From assembly GCA_963664015.2 (NCBI GenBank), contig CAXXLF010000002.1:1601008-1665007 (forward strand): a stretch of DNA of 64,000 bases. Reading direction: 5' to 3'. Shown here piece after piece: positions 1 to 9,167 of this stretch. A program made the translations under genes and the position numbers. This DNA comes from Candidatus Binatia bacterium. GTDB taxonomy: Bacteria > Desulfobacterota > Binatia > UBA9968 > CAXXLF01. The notes under the pieces were generated by a model. It was not told the DNA's origin. It saw nothing but the letters and a program-made list of their open reading frames with translations, and searched no databases. The number at the start of each line of letters is the position of its first letter. The stretch's first letter is position 1.

Positions 1-1291
1 TGAAGACATACATTCGGTTCAGGGGATAGCCGAGAAAGCCGGGTCGAGGCGACACAGAGAGCTCTTCCACGTCTCCAAGCTGACACTCCATAGCGCGGGT
101 CCGGGCCCCGGTTTCCTCGATGACAGTAGTCGCACTGCTCAGTTGCTGTTTGAGTTTATCGAGGTCGGTACCAAATTTTCCGAACTCAGTCTTGACGGCA
201 GCGAGCACCTTCCAGACTCCCTTCGCCCGCTCCTCGATCATGAGAGTGCGGAAACCTATGCGCAGGCTATTGAGGATAACCGCCAGGGTGGTAGGGCCGG
301 CAACGACGACACGATAGTTCTGTTGAAGGTCGTCAACCAGCTCCGGCTGGCGCATGAGCTCTCCGTAAAGGCCCTCAATGGGAATAAATATTATGCCGAA
401 GTCGGTAGTCTTGGGAGGGTTTAGGTATTTATCCTTCATGGTTTTTGCTAGACCGCGTATGGCCTTGGTCAACTCATCGACGGCTTTTTTAGCGGTATCG
501 GCATCACCGGTTTCTGCCGCTGCCTGCAGCTGGCGGTACTCCTCCGCGGGGAACTTGGAGTCTATGGGTAGCCAGACCCAACTGTCCTCTGGGTTACCCG
601 GGCCCGGCAGTCGAATCGCGTATTCCACGGTTTCGTTGAATTTCTCTTTCGTTTTAATGTTCTTGTCGTACTGATTGGGTGTTAGCAACTGCTCCAGCGG
701 GGCGTTGAGTTGGAACTCGCCCCAGTTCCCCCGTGTCTTGACGCCGGTGAAAACTTTCTTTAGATCACCAACTCCAGTTGCCAGGTTTTACATCTCGCCC
801 AGCCCATCGTGAACCGCATTAAGCCGGTCGCTGAGAAGCTGGAAGGATTCGCCTAGTCGTTTCTCGATAGTGCCGTGTAGTTTATCATCCACGGTCATAC
901 GCATATCTTCCAGTCCTTTTTCATTGTTGTCTTGCAGCTCCCTCAGTTGGGTGTCCGCCGTTTCACAGAGCTCTTCAATATGCGCCGCATGAGTATCGGT
1001 GATCTCGTTGAGTAGCTTGCTGACCGACTCCAGTTGCACCGATTGCTGGCTGCCAATTTCATTGATGACCCGTACCATAGAGTCGCTGACCAAATTGAGG
1101 CCCCTGCTAACCTCCTCCCTCAGGTCGCGATCGGTCCTGGCCGCTTCGCCGCGGGCGATGCGTAGTTCTTCGCGCACGGCCTTCTCGGCTTACTGCGATG
1201 CCGATCCCGACAACCACATCAAGACAAGCAACAGCACGACGTTGGCAATCAGGAGAAAAACGGTCAGGGATGGTAAAATTTCAGTTAGCAT
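1..1291 (-). pseudogene. rmuC: DNA recombination protein RmuC, 3' end beyond window edge, interrupted by two in-frame TAA codons
   Basis: A single minus-strand frame starts at ATG 1291-1289. It gives an N-terminal TM helix (MLTEILPSLTVFLLIANVVLLLVLMWL), TAA at 1190-1192, a coiled-coil (the 788..1177 ORF) and TAA at 788-790. It then continues NLATGVGDLKKVFTGVKTRGNWGEFQL...WLPIDSKFPAEEY...IFIPIEGLY...VVVAGPTTLAVILNSL, which are the RmuC hallmark blocks, down to position 1. Confidence 0.75.
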
Positions 1292-1625
1292 ATCAATTCA
1301 CGCTCCTACGGGCTTTTATTCTCGAATCCGCAATTTATGATTTACCAAGGATCATTCCAGCGTCGGCTCAAACACCCCGTAGGAGCACCCCTGGTAGATT
1401 GGCGGATGGGGCGACCCCGAGGGCCCTAAAGACCAACGTATTTTTAACGACTTATGCTGCTTCAGACGTAGGGGAACTCAGCTCCAGGAGGGCCGCAACG
1501 TCCGCTGTTCCCCGAAACTACCAATAATTGACATAAGTGTGCCCGGACCGGGGGCGGTCTCAGACCTTCCGGGCCTTGCCCCCTCGGGTTCCAACTAACC
1601 TAACGGGCGTATGGTGGTGCCTAAC

Positions 1626-2067
1626 GCAAAGAGCAGAGCGCATAGCGCTCGGATTGTTAGTCCTTAGTTTTCAGGTAAGAAGTGTCGAGTGTTCAGTCAT
1701 CAGTATTTGGATCCCGATTCTTTAAACGCAGATGAGAAATCACCGAAGAGACGCTCTTCGATAAACTCAGGGTGGTGAGCGGTTCGAATCGGTCGAACCA
1801 CAGAGTACGCTGAGGGAAGAATCTTTGCCCAATCGGGAGACAGCGATTGGGCAGAGGGCCTCGTCTTTAAAGAGACAATGCTTTTTGTTTGCCGTCGTCT
1901 CCCGACAAACAAAAACCAATTCTCTGTGTACTCTGCGTCTCTGCGGTGAGATATCCGAATCCTCATCTGCGTTAATCAGCGAAAAATCTGCGGTTAATTC
2001 CCCTCTTAACTCTCTTGCTGCCCACTGCATACCGCCTACTGTCTTATTCCCGCGCCTTGCGCTTTGC
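1626..2067 (+). repeat. MITE-like intergenic repeat, copy A (same orientation as copy C), carrying a copy-specific insert of about 190 bp
   Basis: The left part (gcaaagagcagagcgcatagcgctcggatt...gatcccgattcttt) and right part (catctgcgttaatcagcgaaaaatctgcggttaat...ccgcctactgtcttatt...tgcgctttgc) align module by module with copy C at 38877-39169. The middle, about 1744-1935, is unique to this copy. Confidence 0.7.
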
Positions 2068-2116
2068 AGCTTCGCATTGACACCGCAGTTCGACATCAGA
2101 TATGTTCAGCCCCCAG

Positions 2117-2955
2117 ATGAACCATCGAAAGAAAATCGTGCCCCCCCCTGGCAAACGCCTTTCCGTATCGGTCCATTTCCCGGTGGAGTAGTGGAGTCAA
2201 AAGGATAAGGACTACTTACAAAACTATCGCCGGGAGTACGGGGTCAAGATTGGGGCCTGGAGGTTGCTCGACGTTTTTGATCGGGTAGGCATCAAAGGGA
2301 CCTGCCATATGAATGGAATCGTGGCTGAGCTGTTTCCCGATTTGGCCCGGGAGATCGTGCGGCGTGGACATGATGTGGCTGGGCACGGTTACGATCAGTC
2401 CGTTCCCCAGTACCGGGTGGGCCCTGACGAAGAGAGGGAGATCGTTAGGAGCACCCTGTCTACCATTGAACAGATTACGGGGTACCGGCCCCAGGGTTGG
2501 GTAGCCACGGGAAGGACAATTACAAAGGACACGCTTCGAATATTGGCGGAAGAGGGCGTGCTTTGGCACAACAACCACGATTTGGCCGACCTGCCAACTG
2601 GGGTCGAGGTTGGTGGTAAAATCATCCTCGATATTCCTATCCAGCGATACCTGAATTGCGACGAGAGAAGATTCCTCGGAATTGAAGGGAAGGGCCCCCC
2701 ATCAGCTTTAGAAATGTTCTGGAGTTTTTTAAAGATCAGCTGGACACCCTGAGAGGGGCCGCCCAGTATGAACCATTGTGTTTCGCGTTCGGCGCCCACG
2801 CCTATATGTCCGGCTTACCTGCTTACTCCTGGACTCTCGAGAGGATGTTGCATTACTGCCAGTCGTTTCCCGATGTCTGGACGGTGACAACGGCAGGTCT
2901 GGCTCGGTATTGGCTGGAAAATAATGTAGAGGCGATCCCCGTCAACAGTCGCTGA
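2117..2955 (+). pseudogene. PuuE/allantoinase-type polysaccharide deacetylase family gene with an in-frame TAG and a frameshift
   Basis: From ATG 2117 the frame reads ...KRLSVSVHFPVE, TAG (2189-2191), then WSQ...YRREYGVKIGAWRLLDVF...GHDVAGHGY...GYRPQGW. The frame changes at the C6 run 2695-2700. After that ...FFKDQLDTLRG...FGAHAYMSGLP...VWTVTTAGLARYW runs to TGA 2953-2955. The block order matches PuuE-type deacetylases as I recall them. Confidence 0.7.
2141..2148. repeat. poly-C8 homopolymer, in frame within the deacetylase N-terminus (VPPPG)
   Basis: Direct reading of the sequence. Confidence 0.9.
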
Positions 2956-3694
2956 GCCATGGGCCGAGCTGGGTGCAAAATGCTCCTATGGGACCCCGAT
3001 AGTGAAAGTCCACGATTTCATCCAGAGGTGTCGCTTCCCGATTAACAATGGCTAGGAAAGCGCCGTTTTGCTTTGCCAAGACCGGGAATGACGCGGCCGG
3101 CTGGACCTGCAACGAGGAGCCGAGAACGATGAATATACCGGCTACCTCACTGAGCTCCTGGGCCCTCCTCATGGCTTGGGGAGGCATACATTGACCGAAT
3201 GAAGCCGTGGCCGATTTGAGAAGGCCGCCGCATGCGTCGCAACGAGGCGAAGTAAAGGCACCGGCTAGCCCTTTCATGACCTGATCGGGATCGAAAATTT
3301 TACCGCAGCTCAGGCAATGGACTATACGATCGGTCCCGTGCAACTCCACGATCTTGTCATCAGGGAGACCTGCCAGACTATGCAACCCATCGACGTTCTG
3401 TGTGATCAGCCCGAGGAGTTTTCCCCGCTCGCATAGAGAACAAATAAAGAGGTGTCCAATATTAGGGCGGACGTCTTTGTAGAGTTCATGGGTCTTACGC
3501 TTCATGGTCCAGACGCGAACCCGTGCCTCTTCGCTGCTCAAGAACTCTGAGAAGTAAACGGGGGCGTATTGGGTCCAGATGCCGCCCGGGCTCCGGAAAT
3601 CCGGAACGCCCGATTCGGTGCTGATCCCCGCACCGGTGAAACACACGACGTCGCCCGTCTCTTTAATCTTACGGGCAAAATCCTGCAGAGTCAC
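2942..3694 (-). CDS. cobB: NAD-dependent protein deacylase, Sir2/CobB family
   Basis: 250-aa ORF with GAGISTESGVPDFRSPGGIW, QNVDGLH and Zn-ribbon cysteines (CLSCG...CDACGG). Confidence 0.9.
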   Translation of the reverse strand: MTLQDFARKIKETGDVVCFTGAGISTESGVPDFRSPGGIWTQYAPVYFSEFLSSEEARVRVWTMKRKTHELYKDVRPNIGHLFICSLCERGKLLGLITQNVDGLHSLAGLPDDKIVELHGTDRIVHCLSCGKIFDPDQVMKGLAGAFTSPRCDACGGLLKSATASFGQCMPPQAMRRAQELSEVAGIFIVLGSSLQVQPAASFPVLAKQNGAFLAIVNREATPLDEIVDFHYRGPIGAFCTQLGPWLSDC

Positions 3695-3770
3695 AGCCGG
3701 GGATCAGCAGCCTCGGGGTTTGAGGTCGAAAGAATTTTCCGAGACGAGTCAAGGATTCTGAGTTGCTCGT

Positions 3771-4136
3771 CTACTTGAGATGATTGCTGACCAGCTTGGT
3801 CATCTCAAACATGCTGACCTGCTTCTTGCCGCGAAAGACGGCTCTTAGGTTGTCGTCAGCATTGATCATGGTTCTCTTCTTTTTATCCTGTAGCCCTTTG
3901 CGCTTGATGTACTGCCAGAGCTTCTTGGTTACCTGCGTCCTAGGCATAGGCGTGGAACCAATCACGGCGGCGAGCATCGCGCTGGGCTTCACCGGTCTCA
4001 TGAAGGCCGCATTGGGTTTGCGTTTCTTCTTAGTAGCACGCTTTTTCTTTACGACGCGCTTTTTTTTTACGACGCGCTTTTTCGCCTTAGCCTTCTTTAC
4101 CACACGCTTCTTCGCTTTCTTTTTCTTTGCTGCCAT
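3771..4136 (-). CDS. SWIB/MDM2-domain protein with a histone-H1-like Lys-rich repetitive N-terminus
   Basis: 121 aa. The N-terminal roughly 45 residues are KK/KRVVKK repeats. The C-terminal part (PSAMLAAVIGSTPMPRTQVTKKLWQYIKRKGLQD...INADDNLRAVF) is SWIB-like. GAGGGAGGG lies just upstream of the ATG. Confidence 0.8.
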   Translation of the reverse strand: MAAKKKKAKKRVVKKAKAKKRVVKKKRVVKKKRATKKKRKPNAAFMRPVKPSAMLAAVIGSTPMPRTQVTKKLWQYIKRKGLQDKKKRTMINADDNLRAVFRGKKQVSMFEMTKLVSNHLK

Positions 4137-4253
4137 TTTCCCTCCCTCGGTAAAAGTATTCTTAAAATGAATTTTACATCAAATAGACTACTTTTGACCA
4201 GCTTTTTTTTGAAAAATTGCAACTTTCAGGGGGAACGCTCTAGAGGCACTTCT

Positions 4254-4263
4254 GGGGGGGGGG
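4254..4263. repeat. poly-G10 homopolymer in a non-coding or decayed region
   Basis: Direct reading of the sequence. A poly-A9 tract lies at 4402-4410 and a poly-T8 tract at 4203-4210 nearby. Confidence 0.9.
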
Positions 4264-4709
4264 AGCCGTTACCGAGGGGGAACCCTCTCTCGTGATCCCA
4301 ATCGACAGTGGGCAGTACGACTGGTGCCCTTGCATTCGCCGTGCTAACGGTCCTATGCTCCCACCTAAATATCCTGATTCTAGGTGGAGAGATCCCATGC
4401 GAAAAAAAAATATTCCAGTGGCTCGGTAGATAATTCGTTGTCCTCTCCTGCGAGGGGGACTCCAAAGAAACACCCGGTGCAGCCGCCGCCCGTATCCTTG
4501 CTCACTTCGAAGAGGAGCTGGATAGGGACTCACTATCACTAGCGCATACTGTATGTACTCGCCTCTGCGCCAGGGATCGTGAAAGTCGGAATCTAGCAAG
4601 GAACGAATGATTCAGAATACTGCCAAGGAAGGCCAGGTCAGCGAGTTCCAGCTATATCTTTCCAAACTATTTTGACTGCGATGCCCGGGTGGCCATGGAT
4701 CTGCCTGCC

Positions 4710-5083
4710 ATGAGGCCTGAACCGCCATGGAGTGAAAAAACCCTGGAGGAATACGATATCCACCCATCGTCCCCCTACACTACCTCACATACGAATCCAG
4801 GGTCTTCCTATCAGGGGTTACCGTTGTCCTACCTGAACTCGCCAATCAGCTAAGCGATATTCTCCCTCGTATTACGGGCTCCCTGGGCGACGCCGGTGCC
4901 TCATGGAATGAGGTGGTCAAGGTTGATTCCTTTCTCCACCGTTCCCAGAGATTAGAGACTTACAAGGGACTTTTTGCAAAGAATGTACTGGTGAAGATTC
5001 CCCAAATCGAATATGCGCTTGTGGATGGCTATTCATCAGAGGGAAAGTTAGTGGAGGTGGAGGTTACCGCTCAACTGACATAG
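4710..5083 (+). pseudogene. RidA/YjgF/L-PSP family gene with a 1-nt frameshift
   Basis: ATG 4710 gives MRPEPPWSEKTLEEYDIHPSSPYTTSHTNPG. The frame slips at GGG 4800-4802. The next frame gives VFLSGVTVV...GASWNEVVKVDSFL...KLVEVEVTAQLT and ends at TAG 5081-5083. These are RidA-like blocks (PYS..vFxSG, VVKvxxFL, vEvE at the C-terminus). Confidence 0.5.
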
Positions 5084-5120
5084 CCAGATAAAGAACCCTT
5101 GGGAAGGAGGCTCGACACCT

Positions 5121-6219
5121 ATGGCTCAAGCCGAATACCAATTGCTCACTCAAACAGATGCAGGGACACCCTGCGGGGAACTCATGCGGCGCTACTGGCA
5201 GCCTGCGGCTCTCTCAAGGGAACTGAACCCCCTTGCCCGTACGGCTGCTAGGAGATGATCTCGTCCTTTTTCGCGACGACGAGGGACGACCCGGCTTATT
5301 GGGTCTTCACTGTGCGCACCGAGGGGCCGACCTGAGTTACGGCCGGGTCGAGAACGGTGGATTGAGGTGCATCTATCACACCTGGCTTTATGACATCAAA
5401 GGTCGTTGCCTGGATCAACCGGGAGAGCCCCGTGGAGGAGAACACCGGAACTCCATCCAACACACGGCCTACCCCTGTCAGGAGTCTGGAGGGGTTATCT
5501 TCGCCTATTTGGGTCCAGGTGAGCCGCCGTGCCTTCCCGCATATGAATTGCTACAGGTACCCGACGATCATCGGTTGATTATTAAGGTCTTCCAGGATTG
5601 TAACTATTTGCAGGTGAACGAAGGGGGTATCGATCCGGTGCACACATCGTATCTACACCGTATCGCACAAGACGGGGATGAGGATCAGTATGTGGGAGTC
5701 CGGGGGACGGATACTTCGTTTTTGACTCTGTGGGAAAAAGACGCAGCTCCCCAAATTGAAGTAGAAATTACAGATGTCGGCCTGCGAATTCTTACCGTCC
5801 GGGACGCAGGAGACAACAAACATTACCTTCGATTCACTAATTTTGTTTACCCCAATTTAAGCGCCTTTCCCGCGCAGACGGGGGCCGAGGGGTACAACGT
5901 CAATTGGCATGTCCCCATGGACGATACACGTCACTGGAAATATATGTTCGTTTTCAGTCGAGAGAGGCCCCTTAGAAAAGAGATCATTAGCAGGGAACGC
6001 GCCGAGGACCGCACCAGGTCCAACCGGTACCGCCAAGACAGGGAATCCATGAAAACCAAATTCTACAGTGGCATGGGAAGGGATGTACCCAGTCAGGACA
6101 CCTGCATTATCGAGGGGCAAGGCCCCGTACCAAACCGTGAGCAGGAACACCTGGTCTCCTCGGATAAGGCCATCATCGCTGAGCGAAAACTTTTGCTCAA
6201 GGCCCTCCAGGACGTTTAG
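5121..6219 (+). pseudogene. Rieske [2Fe-2S] non-heme-iron oxygenase alpha subunit (phthalate-family type), frameshifted at a C5 run
   Basis: GGAGG then ATG 5121 gives MAQAEYQLLTQTDAGTPCGELMRRYWQPAALSRELNP, the typical N-terminus. The rest (PVRLLGDDLVLFRD...CAHRG..x17..CIYHTW Rieske motif, DPVHTSYLH iron motif) lies in the +1 frame from 5233. The junction is the C5 run 5228-5232. Confidence 0.8.
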
Positions 6220-6396
6220 GAGGGACGGGAAGCGCCCCATGTGGCGAGAGAGCCTAAGCGCAACCGGTTTCCCCAACTGGTGGTCATATCGGATGTCGTA
6301 CCCGGCGGGACAAATTGGAATAAATATACGGATAAGATTGAGGACGAACTGAAGGGTTAGGAGTAAAAAGACATGTGCCGGGAGAATCACGCCTGA

Positions 6397-7140
6397 TCAG
6401 GTTAAATATTTACCAAACCAGTTAAAGACTCTGTTCCATCCATCCAGCGCCGCATCCGGCCAGTAGCCCGGACGGTCAACGGAAAAGAAACCGTGGGCCG
6501 CGTTTCCGTACGAATAAAACTCATGGGTCTTACCAAGCCGCTTGAGTTCCGCGTCGATCGTCGCCACATCGTCCGGAGAGGGATGGGTGTCTTCTTTGCC
6601 AAAGAGGCCCAACAAGGGGGAATGCATATTCGACGTTAGATCAATCGGGGCTACCGGGTGGCGGGGAGTGAGTTTGTCCGTAGGGGTTACGATTCCTCCA
6701 CCGTAGCAGACAACGGTCGCGTCGATGTCAGCGAAGGTGCATGCAGCAAGATAAGCTTGGCGGCCACCGGAACAGTGCCCCACAACACCGACCTTTCCCT
6801 TACCGTAGGGTAGCGATCGCATGTGCCGGATGGACCCTTCAACGTCCCCCATGGAGCGGTCGTCGGGCATACCTCCCGCTGCCCGGACACTGGCGACATT
6901 GGCTTCGGGACTTCCCTTGCCTTCCCGATAGTGAAGATTAGGTACGATTGCCGCGTAGCCATGATAGGCCAACTTGCGGGCAATTTCCTTGGTGGATTCA
7001 TCCCACCCTGGCATGTGATGGATGACAACAACCGAAGGGTACGGCCCTTGGCCCAGGGGACGGGCCAGATAAGCCTCGATCCTGTCCCCATTGTGTCCCG
7101 CAAGGGCGACACTTTCCGCTAGCATCCCTTCATAAACCAT
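6397..7140 (-). CDS. dienelactone hydrolase family protein
   Basis: 247 aa with VVVIHHMPGW, the nucleophile elbow GHCSGG and a C-terminal AAHGF, laid out as in the DLH family. Confidence 0.8.
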   Translation of the reverse strand: MVYEGMLAESVALAGHNGDRIEAYLARPLGQGPYPSVVVIHHMPGWDESTKEIARKLAYHGYAAIVPNLHYREGKGSPEANVASVRAAGGMPDDRSMGDVEGSIRHMRSLPYGKGKVGVVGHCSGGRQAYLAACTFADIDATVVCYGGGIVTPTDKLTPRHPVAPIDLTSNMHSPLLGLFGKEDTHPSPDDVATIDAELKRLGKTHEFYSYGNAAHGFFSVDRPGYWPDAALDGWNRVFNWFGKYLT

Positions 7141-7212
7141 CTTTTGTCTCCTTACTTCCTTAAAACTCCTCTCGCCTATGTCGCGACTGTGATCAAGAGC
7201 TCGCCGACACAG

Positions 7213-7579
7213 CTACTCGCCGATGATTTTCACCAGGACGCGCTTTCGCCGGCGGCCGTCGAATTCCCCGTAAAAGATCTGTTCCCAGGGCCCGAAATCC
7301 AACCGGCCTCCGGTTGCCGCAACGACCACTTCACGTCCCATGACCTGGCGCTTCATATGGGCGTCAGCGTTGTCTTCGCCGGTGTCGTTGTGCCGATACT
7401 GGCCGATGGGTTCACGAGGCGCCATTTCCTCAAGGCACCGGGCATAGTCCTGATGCAGGCCTGACTCATTGTCGTTGATAAACACCGACACGGTAATATG
7501 CATCGCGTTGACGAGCACCGGCCCATCCTGCACACCGCGTGGGCTTGTTAAACTAAAGTTCCTGCCTGTAGCTCTTCAC
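7213..7579 (-). pseudogene. yjbQ: YjbQ/UPF0047 (secondary thiamine-phosphate synthase) gene with an in-frame TAG plus an internal deletion/frameshift
   Basis: GTG 7579 gives [11 protein letters not shown] (7553-7555), then FNKPTR. The frame then switches into [23 protein letters not shown]...[15 protein letters not shown]...[26 protein letters not shown]. About 18 residues expected between the two parts in the 135-140-aa family are missing. Confidence 0.65.
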
Positions 7580-7588
7580 AGCACCGCC

Positions 7589-8211
7589 CTATCCTTGATG
7601 TTCTCCCCGGATCTCCTTGAGGCGCCGATCGCGGCCGCACGAGTAGCGGTAGATGGCGTATCGAATGGGGGTTTTCCGATAGTAGTCCTAGTGATACTCC
7701 TCTGCCTTGTAGAACTCGGTGGCCTGAGCGATTTCAACCACGATGGGCACGTCGAAGCGTCCCGAACCCTGCAGCGCCTTTTTGGACTTTTCAGCTAAGG
7801 CCTTCTGCTCTGCGTCGTTATAGAAAATACCGGGGCGATACTGACTGCCAGCATCACAGAACTGTCGGTTTGCCGTAAACGGATCGATGTTGATCCAGAA
7901 GACCTCAAGCAGTTTTGCGTAGCCGATCTTTTTCGGGTTGCAACGGACTTGAACCGCCTCCGTGTGCCCAGTACCGCCCCTGGATACCTCCTCATACGTG
8001 GGGACTTTCTGATGACCGCCGGTATAACCGGAGGTCGTCGAGAGCACCCCGTCCAGTTCGTCAAAGGGTGCTCCATGCACCAGAAGCAGCCGCCGCCAAA
8101 GGTCGCAGTCGCAATTGGACCAGAACTCGCATCTCGGCCGCCTGCACCGTGACCGTTCGCCACCCACGCCACAAGCAGCAGGCAAATAAGGGATGTAATT
8201 TTAAGAACCAT
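7589..8211 (-). pseudogene. msrA: peptide-methionine (S)-S-oxide reductase MsrA with signal peptide, carrying a frameshift and an in-frame TAG
   Basis: The signal peptide and ATFGGGCFWCMEHP are in one frame (ORF 7795..8211). FDELDGVLSTTSGYTGG...TGHTEAVQV...QYRPGIFY...FYKAEEYH is in another (ORF 7688..8185). TAG at 7688-7690 sits where the conserved YHQ.Y glutamine lies. The frame then continues DYYRKTPIRYAIYRYSCGR... to TAG 7589-7591. Confidence 0.8.
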
Positions 8212-8235
8212 AAGGGATCGTGTAACTCTTGCTCG

Positions 8236-9087
8236 CTACAGGAGTCCTTCCCCGGTGGCTACGCAACGGAACCCGAAGTAGGCATGGCCCGACTGGGCCC
8301 GCCAAGGGTCAACCACCTCTCTTGCCGTGGCCATAAGCCCGTCGGCCTCGCTTGACGCGTCCCCCCCCCGGGCGACGATAGACCCCCCGGTGGAAAGCTC
8401 CTCGCGGCCATCCTTGGGGTCGTAGGGATAGGGTCGAAAGAGAGACCGGGTCCATTCCCAAACCTGCCCCGCCATATCGAGTACTCCATAGGGACTTGCC
8501 CCCGACGGATATTGCCCTACAGGCACGGTTTCACCCCGATAGCCATCGATAAAAGCCAGGTTCAGGCTTGGGGGATCATTCCCCCAGGGGTAGAGCCGTT
8601 GGTCCTGCCCCCGAGCGGCCTTCTCCCACTCGGCCTCACTGGGCAGTCGTTTGCCTACCGACTGGCAATAGACAGCCGCGCCATACAAGCTCAGCTCCGC
8701 TGCCGGGTAAGCTTCGAAGCCGGGATCGGGTAGCCAACCGTCTTCGCTTTCATGAATCCGGGCATCTTCATCCTCCACATCCAGGTACATCTCACCGCGC
8801 GGTCCCCGGGGCCCTTTGGCCCGGATGAGCTTAACGTATTCGCCTACGGTAACAAGATTTTGATCGATGTAAAAAGAAGGCAAGAAGACCGTGTGCGCCG
8901 GACCTTCGTCCGGCGGACCACCATCCCGCCCCATGCTAAAGGGTCCGGCGGGGATCAAGACCATCCCTCCATATGGGCCGCTCGGCGACGAAGCCTGCCC
9001 TGACGCCGCCCGGGTAAAGGCGAAGCTGTACGCCCCGACAACCATCCAGAAGACAAAGAACAGGGAAACTCTTCGTACCTTAGGCAT
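8236..9087 (-). CDS. formylglycine-generating-enzyme (SUMF1/EgtB/PvdO) domain protein, secreted
   Basis: 283 aa with a signal peptide, MVLIPAGPFSMG...DEGPAH.V.L..FYID...VT..EY and W.WGN...GN.WEW blocks. It contains an in-frame G9 run (plus-strand C9 at 8361-8369). Confidence 0.8.
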   Translation of the reverse strand: MPKVRRVSLFFVFWMVVGAYSFAFTRAASGQASSPSGPYGGMVLIPAGPFSMGRDGGPPDEGPAHTVFLPSFYIDQNLVTVGEYVKLIRAKGPRGPRGEMYLDVEDEDARIHESEDGWLPDPGFEAYPAAELSLYGAAVYCQSVGKRLPSEAEWEKAARGQDQRLYPWGNDPPSLNLAFIDGYRGETVPVGQYPSGASPYGVLDMAGQVWEWTRSLFRPYPYDPKDGREELSTGGSIVARGGDASSEADGLMATAREVVDPWRAQSGHAYFGFRCVATGEGLL

Positions 9088-9167
9088 GTCCCTTTCTCTT
9101 CCATCACAATGAAGAATTCAAGCCCATTCTGATCCCAATCTGGTTGAATTGAGTCGATGCGAAGACT

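Noticed and set aside
1340-1625. tmRNA, SRP RNA or 6S RNA in the rmuC-upstream gap (an ..EAA-TAA reading and a CCGGAAGG string on the minus strand)
   Set aside because: There is no tRNA-like 5'/3' pairing, no GGTTCGA..CCA end and no SRP helix-8 symmetric loop context. The similarities are short and isolated.
1537-2208. ORFs predicted inside repeat copy A (for example 1700..1966, 1767..2096, 1825..2208) and inside copies E/F (30395..30736, 50632 extension)
   Set aside because: They are low-complexity translations of CTGCG/CAGCAAG word repeats. Equivalent sequences occur in both orientations in non-coding positions.
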